From the NCBI GenBank assembly GCA_025201805.1, contig MU619376.1:12107-76106 (forward strand): 64,000 nucleotides of DNA, in the 5' to 3' direction. The position numbers were made by a program, and so were the translations under genes. The notes below the pieces were generated by a model, which saw only the letters and a list, made by a program, of their open reading frames with translations, made no database searches and had not been told where the DNA came from. The stretch is from Parasitella parasitica NRRL 2501. Taxonomy: Eukaryota; Fungi; Mucoromycota. Each line of letters begins with the position of its first letter. Within the stretch, counting starts at the first letter, position 1. Below are positions 27,822 to 36,485 of the stretch, piece by piece.

Positions 27822-29828
27822 ACAGATAATATAATGCCCCTGCGTCTTTCTGTACAATATATACATATATACACTTTTTCTTTTTTTTTTTTTTTTGTTT
27901 TTCCCAAATTTAATCATTCAAGATTACCTTAAGCAATTGGCTATTGCTTCATATTGTGGGCGATTGAATCTCTGTTGGATTTTTCAAAAATAACGTATAG
28001 ATTGATCCCCGCTAGTTAGCTTCAGTTATGTAAGACTGATCAGCCCACAAATTATAATGAGAAATGGCCAGTTGCAATGAGCCACAACGAACTTTTTTAC
28101 ATGTCAAATTCTCCAAAATAAAATAAAATAAAATGGAATTTGCATTACCTGATGTGGATGTGGGCAGAATACCTTTGTAGTCAGGTATGAGGAAATCATG
28201 TAAACATGACACTATAAAGCAGCGCCAGGCATCAAGTGTCTTTTGCACCAAATACAAATACAACATTGTGCAAGTGGGAAAAAGAAAGTTTAAACAGTTG
28301 ATTGATTGGTGAGCAATCAGCTAATATTCGTTGGAAAATTACGGGCAATAGTAATGCAAATTAGTAATCTCCAAGACCTCCCTTGGGGATGTAATGATTC
28401 CACGCAATGCGACACTTACTTTATTCGAATTTGGTTGGTATAACACAAGCATTTTTTGGGCTTAACACTGTATATTGCTACGCATTAGGCAAATATATAT
28501 CATGGCTGCTCTTTATATATTCGTGATGAATTAAATTTCTACATGAAAATAAACATATAATTCAACTGTTACTCAAAGGTGCCGGATATTATTGGGCTGT
28601 AAAAAAATGGCATGTCGCACAACAATAACATGATGTTTTCAAGACTCAAATCAATGAGCATACAAATCCATAAATCAAGATATGCCCCGTATTGATCGAG
28701 TGCCAAAATTGGTACCATTATCCTTCTGTAATATTTTTGAAAAGCAGTGGTGCAGCCATTTAAGCGCAGTTGGTATATGGTGTTGAACAATTTCATGTCT
28801 TTTCTCGGGATTAATCAGTGTTCACAACACAACGAGAAATTGCGGAGGCCTTGATACTTGTGTTCCCGCTAAAGTAAGCGCGGGGAAAGCCAAAAAATTA
28901 TACTAGTAGTTTGTGTGATCTCCCTATGGTAGGCTACATAATTTAGGTGCTGTTTGATATTACGGGCACTATTTATTCTGTTAATACAGATATAGACTTT
29001 GATGTACTGTTATGTTTTAGCGATATACGAGGATGCGGATGTTTTATAGGGCTTTCAGGGTGTCTTTCAATTGATAGAAATAATGTGGGGTAAATATATG
29101 AAGATGGGTCCGATCTTTCTGTTGACAATTTTGTTAAAGTCTAGTCCTGAATAGTACACGATGATTGGTCTGCTTAATCAGTTTTCGTGGCAGTGGATAA
29201 TCGTTTATTCGTTTGATGGATATACATTTAAACATGACATTTATCAGAATATTTAGACGCAAACACGGCGCAAAGTATCCATCGAGAAACTAGGTTGACT
29301 TTGATGCCATCATATATTGTTTGCAGCTTTCTACTGCACTGCACAAGTTTTGTGAACTGCATGATTGCCAGGTATTTGTGAAATGGCAAATTGCGGCAAA
29401 AAATGGGTAAAACAGAGAATTTTCGTGGTGAAATGGGACTCAGCCGTATAATGGATATATGGAAAAAGGGGTTTGTCAGGGCAAATGCAAAGAAGGTTTT
29501 GAGTTACCCATGTGATACTTAGATGCTCGTTGAAATGAATACAGTTGTGTATAAACACCACGATGAAGTATAAGAGGAATGCGAACCTGTATATGTGGTT
29601 AATAGGCAGCGTGGAGAACTAGACCTTGCATGAGGTGCTTATGCTCGACACAGCCAACTGTAAAGAATAAACGGATCAAGAGCATAAACTTGATTATAAA
29701 TAAAAAATTCATCATCGTCTTCCCCGTGAAAATTCCGGGTTTAGCAAAGTTGCGAGCCCCCCGCAAAGTAAATAAAAAAGGGTCAGATTTGATTTGAACC
29801 TTTTCTCTCTCTTTTCACTTATTACAAA

Positions 29829-30845
29829 ATGACAGACATTAATTACAAAAGCGACCCACCACTTTACGACCTCCAAGATGTAATCCAACAGTACCAATCA
29901 CAACCAGAGTTGCTCAAACTGATTTTAACAAGCAAAGTAGAGGAAGACAAACGAAGAGCTGAGGAAGCAAAATTGCGTGCAAAGGAGCTCGATCTTTACT
30001 TTCAGCACAAGCGCAAGAAATCACACAAAATACTGCCTTCCATTTCACCCTCATTGAAAAAGGCTCGCTCTGCTTCATACGCTATCCCGCCTCAACAAGC
30101 ATCTGCCTTTGGCACTCCTTTCTCTGGTACTTCTGCTGGATCTGCATACCGCAGCCACCATTCCTCGATCTCATCCACGTCTTCCTTGTCCGGCTCAGTC
30201 TCATCATTGTCAGAACTTGAAAATGAGGACGAGGAAGAACAGGGTCATTTGGATCATCAACAACGTAGACACTCTGCTGCCGCTGCCATGCTGGCCATGG
30301 GAGGCGCTGCAATGAGCGACTCCAATATTGAAACCATCTCAAATGCCTATCCGTCGCCCATTGACGAGCATTTCAGTGATGGGAAAGAAGAAGAAGACGA
30401 AGACCTGAATAAGCCCCGTCGAAGACGGGAAATGCAACCCATCACTAAAATTGTGGAAACAAGAGAGTTTCCCTACGTTGACAATTATTTTTGGAAAAAT
30501 AATGGCAATACTGTCCAAAAGAAAACAGGCTGCAAGAGCATCTATTACAAATGCTCTAATAGTAACAAGGTACGATCGCAACGGGATTTGGCGGGGGGGA
30601 GAGTTGGATTAACGGGTTTCCCCGTGATTCATTTTATTGGTCTTGATGGCATATGAAATTCATGCTTATTGGGTTTTCACACGACTGTTCATTGGATGCT
30701 TTGACTAATGTAAAGTCTTTATATGTAATAGGGGTGCTCTGTAAACAAAACTGTAACCGCTAGACCGAACGGTGAATATCTTATAAAATACAGAGGCTGC
30801 CATCTACAGGAATGCGGCAGAGTTGAAAGAATACGAGATTTATAA
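29829..30845 (+). CDS. WRKY-like transcription factor (fungal WKNNGNT variant)
   Basis: 'DNYFWKNNGNTVQK...YYKC' followed, after an intron (~30570-30731), by 'GCSVNKTV...IKYRGCHLQEC' zinc ligands; stop at 30843-30845. Confidence 0.8.
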
Positions 30846-31449
30846 GACCAAGTCGAAAAGATATAATATACCAGAATCATTCAGCAATATTCATTCATCA
30901 AGCCATACAAACAATTGTAATTTAGCTCTCTCTCTCTCTCTCTCTACCGTCCCTTCTCTGAATCATACATTATTACATTCAATTATAAAATAAAATAAAA
31001 TAACCGACTCAACAAACATTTCTATTTTACACTTTTTGTATAATTATTTCACATACAACATGTCGAACGATTACAACACACTGGTCAGATTGCCTGGTTC
31101 CACGTTGGATCCCTGTACACAGCTGGTGTTGTATGACACTAATCCTCCATTATCAACATCAGCACCATCCGTACCATCGGCATCGTTGGCTGTCAGTCCA
31201 AACAAGAGATTGCCTCCACTAAAACGTCAACATAAACCACCGGCCATCATTATAACGAACGATAAGCAGAACAGTGTTAGCAGAGATGAGGACTATTCGC
31301 CCTGGTCTGGATGAAGCTTATCCATCAGTAATCTCTTTATGTTGGATACGGGTTTAGATGTAGCACATGGACACTATATGAGTTAAACTTTGTATTCAAC
31401 ATTGTTATTAATATTAAAGTCATGATGTAATGAAGTACAGTTATCTCGT

Positions 31450-31670
31450 AGTAAAAGGGTAGAATGATGTACTGTATTAATGTCAAGTTGGCATTTCTAT
31501 ATGCTAACATTGCTATCTGGGCCATTACTAACTGTATAATATACGTGGATACTATTGGACAAGTAGTAATTGACAGTAATGTATGGGGGTAAGTTTACGG
31601 TGATAAACTTCTTTATGATGATAGATGTTGATCAGACACTTCTGATCAATTGTGATTAGTAAAACTAACT
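31450..31670. repeat. Repeat A: ~220-bp segment, diverged inverted copy of 34121-34330
   Basis: 'agtaaaagggtagaatgatgtac...ctaacattgctatctgggccattact...gtgataaact...gatgttgatcaga' matches the reverse complement of 34121-34330 with scattered substitutions and small indels. Confidence 0.85.
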
Positions 31671-31684
31671 ATGCTTTTAATTAT

Positions 31685-31788
31685 TTACTACTAGCTGACC
31701 TGCTCGCTTCGCTCACGACAGCCATCGTCGCCCTATCGAGAGTGCAATCTCTTGATAAATATTTAATGTTCTCTTATTACTTTCAACA
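31685..31788 (-). repeat. Left inverted repeat = Helitron 3' terminus on the minus strand (CTAG at 31691-31694)
   Basis: Reverse complement of 36107-36210; contains GCTTCGC (GCGAAGC on minus) near the terminal CTAG, which is followed by T. Confidence 0.9.
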
Positions 31789-32105
31789 GATCAAATCTTT
31801 GCATGCACATTACTGACAGACTGGCAGGCTCATTGGCGCGTTATTTTCGATGGCATCCTGTTTCTCCCTCACTCAGTCCTACAGCGTACTGTCCGTTCCT
31901 TCTCCCGACCGGAAGATGAGCTACGGTCCGATCTTTAGATCTTTGGTCTTTTACATGTTATTTCCTTGACTCTCTTCATTTATACTATTTAATACTATTT
32001 CCTTATATATACCCACATCAATCTTTTTATTCCCTCAATATGACAGTTTAAGGGCTTTAAATAAAGGAGGCAAAACTCCCCTATGAAAAAAAAAAAAAAA
32101 AAAAA
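31778..32105 (+). mobile_element. 5'-truncated non-LTR retrotransposon (LINE) 3' end with poly(A) tail
   Basis: Encodes 'STDQIFACTLLTDWQAHWRVIFD', nearly identical to the LINE fragment at 45709-46056 (-). Followed by a 3' UTR, AATAAA (~32060) and poly(A) at 32086-32105. Confidence 0.85.
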
Positions 32106-32109
32106 TAGT

Positions 32110-33683
32110 TCTTTTACTGTTGTTATATATGAAAGTCGGGCTGGCCAAACCTTCTTACGATGTTGATGGCGTTCTGTATAGCTGCTGCATATAACGTGCT
32201 AATCTAATAAATGAACTTGGCAAAATTATTCTACTTCCAACTATACTCAAATCGGTGGATCCATCTTCCAATCTTATTGCATCCTCTAAACTGCTCAGTT
32301 AATGAGATCTTGGTAACTTTTGATTGTGTCTAAGAAACTGAAGATATTGTAGCTCAATCTTGGCGTATATATCCACTATTTAACCGCTGAAACAAATTGC
32401 CAATAAACGAAGATAACGATTGCCACCTCTAATCACTAATGTAAAAAAAAGCATAGTAGTTCATAGTAGTTACATTTTTGCTACTCAAAGAGATGGTCTT
32501 AATATTCCAATATGCGGTGCCATTATGAAACATCAAGACATAGGCCATCGCGTCATACCATTGATTCAATTCACTTATTCTCTAAAGAGAACTTCCAGTT
32601 ATAGGTCGAATTACAATTTCTATTGTTGTTTCTGGGTTATCGTCTCCAACAATGAGCACACCAATCTCGGTAGTTGGTGTGTTGTATCTCCTTTGATCTG
32701 GTGTACCTTCAGCTCTAAATACTGTAACATTGAAACATCAAGAACAAAGTTAGGGTCCTCTGCAATTAATCGAGCCATTGACTTGAAGTCATGAACAAAA
32801 CGATTTATGTCATGCATCAGTGCTTGAGGTTGGTCAAGGAGGTGATGTTAAAATGCTGGTTATGAGCGTGGCGGTTTCGAATCTCATTTCCTGAGTAGAG
32901 GATATAAATTTGAAGCAAATTTAGGTGCCTCGTCTACTCCTGGATGCAATGTTCTAATTCTATGATAAAGGCTGCCATGAATTCTAAATGAATGGCAACC
33001 TGCAGATGCATTGGTTATTGTCGAATTAAGGGTACAACCTAGTGAGGCGAACCTCAAAGCACTATTGTAAGCTCTTAGGTTTGACCTAAACTCCTTGCTT
33101 TTTCCGTCTGATCCTCTCAATAAATTGGCAACCAACTCAGGCAACTCAAGCAAAGGGTCAATAACATACTTACCTTGCCACAGCACAAAGAGAAATCGGG
33201 ATTTGTACTGGTGCCTCCATTCTTCTCTGAAGCCTACATGCATGCTTGACAATGGCGACAGATGCTATTCATTCCACCAAGATCATGGCGTTCGGTGACA
33301 GAGGGTGTATCTCTTCTGGCCATGTTGTGAGTATTGTTGTGCGTCGAGTTGGCGCACAATCTACTGGTAAATCGCAAATGACCTTCTTGTCCAAAGCTTG
33401 AACAAACACGACTGCTGGTTGTTGCATTATTAGCGCTGATTGTTTCTATTTGCTGATCTGATCTACTTCCATAGCTTTAGGTTGAGATCCTAGTTTATAC
33501 AAAAAATTCGATTATGATTGTAAAATGAAAACATATTTGTGGCATACGATTAGCAATGTTGTTAGCGCAATCACAATAAAAAGATCGACGATAGCCTATA
33601 CCACCACAACTTGCGCAAAGCCTGCTTGTAAAAAGTAAATGGCCTTTTTGACCACAGCTTGAGCAGATTCTGGTAGCAGGCAT
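32110..33683 (-). pseudogene. Helitron Rep/helicase N-terminal half (Zn-knuckle repeats plus Helitron_like_N region), frameshifted and truncated at Rep motif 1
   Basis: Across frames: 'CSSCGQKGH', 'EFRSNLRAYNSALRFASLG', 'FRIHGSLYHRI', 'DQRRYNTPT', 'YDAMAYVLMF', 'IVDIYAKIE', 'RIILPSSF', 'IVRRFGQPD'. These are conserved Helitron RepHel motifs in the expected order. Confidence 0.88.
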
Positions 33684-34120
33684 TTTGTGTTCGTAGTAAT
33701 AAAATGTGCCAACATATTATTAAATAGAACAGAGTGTACAACTTAAAAAATCGCCTTTGCTGGTTAGACCATATCCAATTTCGAGAGATTTGTCCGACCT
33801 TCAACATTATTCATTCTGTTTAGAGAGATTTTATTTTAAATGAAAATACATGTCAACTTATTTGCGTTGTTTCATACGCACATGTTTTACTTCTAATTTT
33901 TGTGAAATGTTTACGTATTTTCAATTAGTTTCAGAAAATGACGTTGTGCCTGAACTGAGAAACCAACTAAAAGGAATTAGCTCCATTTCTTCTTTGTGTA
34001 AGTTTGTTTTATTGATAGAATAAACTGACTTGGAATTTGACAGTTTCTACGAAGCGTATATAAAAAAAATTAGCAGACTGGCAGACTCCCCTTTTTGAAT
34101 TATTATTTTGATTGATTGAC

Positions 34121-34330
34121 AATTAGATTTACTATCACAATTCATCTGACACTTCTGATCAACATCAATCATCGTAAAAGAGTTTATCACCATAAGCTTA
34201 CCTCCATACATTGCTATTTGTCCAGTAATATCCACGTATAGTACTTGGTAAGTAATGGCCCAGATAGCAATGTTAGTAATTAGAAATACCAACTTGACAT
34301 TAACATAGTACATCATTCTACCCTTTTACT
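34121..34330. repeat. Repeat A': inverted copy of 31450-31670, in the intergenic region between Rep and the capsid-like gene
   Basis: Manual alignment with the reverse complement of 31450-31670. Confidence 0.85.
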
Positions 34331-34618
34331 TTATCACTGTATAATATCTATCTTTTACGGACGTGAACAACCTCCCCTAAATAGGCTTTTATACAAGAAC
34401 TCTATTCTACCGCAACACTTATATAAAGGTAAGCAATTTAACATTTTTCCATCTTTGTCTACATCAACTGTAGACTCAATCCCATCGACCGGAGCAACCC
34501 CATTTCATCCTTTTTAAATAGTGTTATCAACGTTCAATTCAGTAGATCCTGACAGTGGCCATAAACAATCGAAGAATTAAAACCCCAAGATCGCGATCAA
34601 TCTCAACCAAAACGCAAG

Positions 34619-35356
34619 ATGTCTTCTCCCCACGATGAGTTACCCCACGATGATTCAACTTCCAGTTTACTTTCCGGAGACTTTAATTCTAGTACTCAGC
34701 ATAGAATAAGCCCATCCAGCACTCACAGTGTAGCTCCGAGTGGAACCATGGAGACATACACTTCCAACGTGTCTCGTAGCATCGGTCACTTGGCTCATGG
34801 AGCCGACACCCCTGACGTTTCCGTTGAGAGTAACCTCTCGTCTCTGGATTTCCGCCTTGACAAGTCCCTCAACCAAATACCATCTGACTTAATTCGTAGT
34901 AACGTTATGTCCATCGAAGAGCGAAACGCGGTGTTACAAGCTCTCTTCGCGACTGTCCCTGGAACCCTTGATGACAGAGACAAGTCCGCCATCTTATTCT
35001 TCATCTGCTCTGTCGCCGTAATGAACGGTACTTCTGACATGGGCCTATACGGAGGGTCTACCATCTTACCTGGTGGCGGAGTATTTCACATGTGCGCTGT
35101 TCCCTCTTGCACGGATTACGCTATACGGCGTTTCTTCCGCTCATTGGCGGCAATTACGTACGAGATGCTCGAAAGCAACCACGAGTTGGCTTCTGCCGCT
35201 GCGGAGAAATGGGGTATGCCAAGCTCCCTTAAGTGCTTTGCATTTGACTATGCCGATGCTTTGACTGGTCTGCCCACCGAGACTCGTCGTCTGATCCAGG
35301 AGTTCAAGCGCCGCCGCATCCTTGCTGCTAATGCTAGACGAAGAGTTCGTCGATAA
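34619..35356 (+). CDS. Filamentous RNA-virus-like (potyvirid/flexivirus-type) coat protein homolog; endogenous viral element carried by a Helitron
   Basis: Intronless 245-aa ORF, GC-richer than its flanks, with a Ser-rich N-arm. Motifs 'MNGTS', 'IRRFFR' and 'SLKCFAFDYAD' parallel the potyvirus CP motifs 'ENGTS', 'LRQIM' and 'SLARYAFDFYE' in order and approximate spacing. TATAAA at ~34422. Confidence 0.72.
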   Translation: MSSPHDELPHDDSTSSLLSGDFNSSTQHRISPSSTHSVAPSGTMETYTSNVSRSIGHLAHGADTPDVSVESNLSSLDFRLDKSLNQIPSDLIRSNVMSIEERNAVLQALFATVPGTLDDRDKSAILFFICSVAVMNGTSDMGLYGGSTILPGGGVFHMCAVPSCTDYAIRRFFRSLAAITYEMLESNHELASAAAEKWGMPSSLKCFAFDYADALTGLPTETRRLIQEFKRRRILAANARRRVRR

Positions 35357-35671
35357 GGTCATTCTTGGGATGATCGCCGTCCAAATGACGGGCGCACTGA
35401 ACAATAGCGCATCAATTATGCTAAATCTTTCAACAGATCATTGCTTTTTTTTTTTTTTTTTTTTTTTTTTTTCTGAGACTAAATTAAATGTCCAAATGAA
35501 AGTAACCGATTAGGAAGACTTGTAAACATTCACTACCAGTGCACATAGTATGATATGTCATCATGTGACGAGTTATACCGACGACAAGGTGAGGTATGCT
35601 AAAGTATAGAGGTTGATCGAGCTTAGTAAGACGCACGAGAGACGTATTACGCTTGTCTGAACCTTGAACCC

Positions 35672-36112
35672 ATGGACGGTGCCGACAAATTTATGACCAA
35701 GGATGACCAACTCAGTTTATCCGCTTGCAGAGAAGGCATAAGCAATTGAACATTGGGATCTTTCAACAATTGCTTGAGTGATGCCTATCGTTTTATGACA
35801 AGAGTCGACAATTTCAAACATGGGAAAGATACTGTCACCATTCTTTCGTTGGCAAACCTTAAACAGCATGCGGCAGATATTCTGAGGACATCTACGGGAA
35901 ACAAACATTTGATGTACGGGTTTGACGTGGGGCAAATCCACGTACCTCAATTGAAAAGGTTTCTTTCGGTCGATATATCTAATTTGCAAACTGTCACCGA
36001 ACAACAAGACCTTCTTAGGTTTGCAGTACGCAATAAGAGATTGAACCGTTCCTGGATAAACAAGGTTCTATCCCGAGAACTCCGGATAACAATGCATGAG
36101 AAGGAGTGTTGA
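35672..36112 (+). pseudogene. ORF3 of the element: unknown protein with one in-frame TGA (35747-35749); its stop codon lies at the inner edge of the right terminal repeat
   Basis: ATG at 35672 is in frame with the 119-aa ORF 35753-36112; no recognisable domain. Confidence 0.45.
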
Positions 36113-36210
36113 AAGTAATAAAAGAACATTAAATATTTATCAAGAGATTGTACTCCCGATAGGGCGACGATAGCTGTCGTGAGCGAAGCGAGCAGGTCAG
36201 CTAGTAGTAA
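36107..36210 (+). repeat. Right inverted repeat = Helitron 3' terminus on the plus strand (GCGAAGC hairpin 36183-36189; CTAG 36201-36204)
   Basis: '...gtcgtgagcgaagcgagcaggtcagCTAGt': subterminal hairpin plus CTAG|T, the canonical Helitron 3' signature. Confidence 0.9.
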
Positions 36211-36485
36211 TAATTTAGATCAGAGTAAGAAATATTAGAATTAGGCAGATATTTTCACTACTGTCACAAGATCTGGTAAGAGTTGAACCTCTTTATAATA
36301 ACTGGATGTTTCATGTAAAGTGAGACATCTTGTAATGTGAATCATTACCCATGCCTGCCCATCAATAACAGTTGTCTGTCGTATTTCAAAATTTCACAAG
36401 AGATTGGTGTCTCAATGACGAAGATCATTCTTTTTAAAATCTGTAGATTTAGAGAACAGAATTTTCTATTGTTATTGTAAAAAAA

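Larger units (their letters stand above)
31685..36210. mobile_element. Composite Helitron-related element with inverted Helitron 3' termini, decayed Rep (minus strand), virus-like capsid gene and ORF3 (plus strand)
   Basis: 104-bp inverted repeats at 31685-31788 and 36107-36210 (4 mismatches by manual alignment); Helitron Rep-associated motifs inside; coat-protein-like ORF inside. Confidence 0.8.

Noticed and set aside
31036-31314. 92-aa ORF between the WRKY gene and repeat A
   Set aside because: Low-complexity with no domain; cannot tell whether it is a real gene or part of the element.
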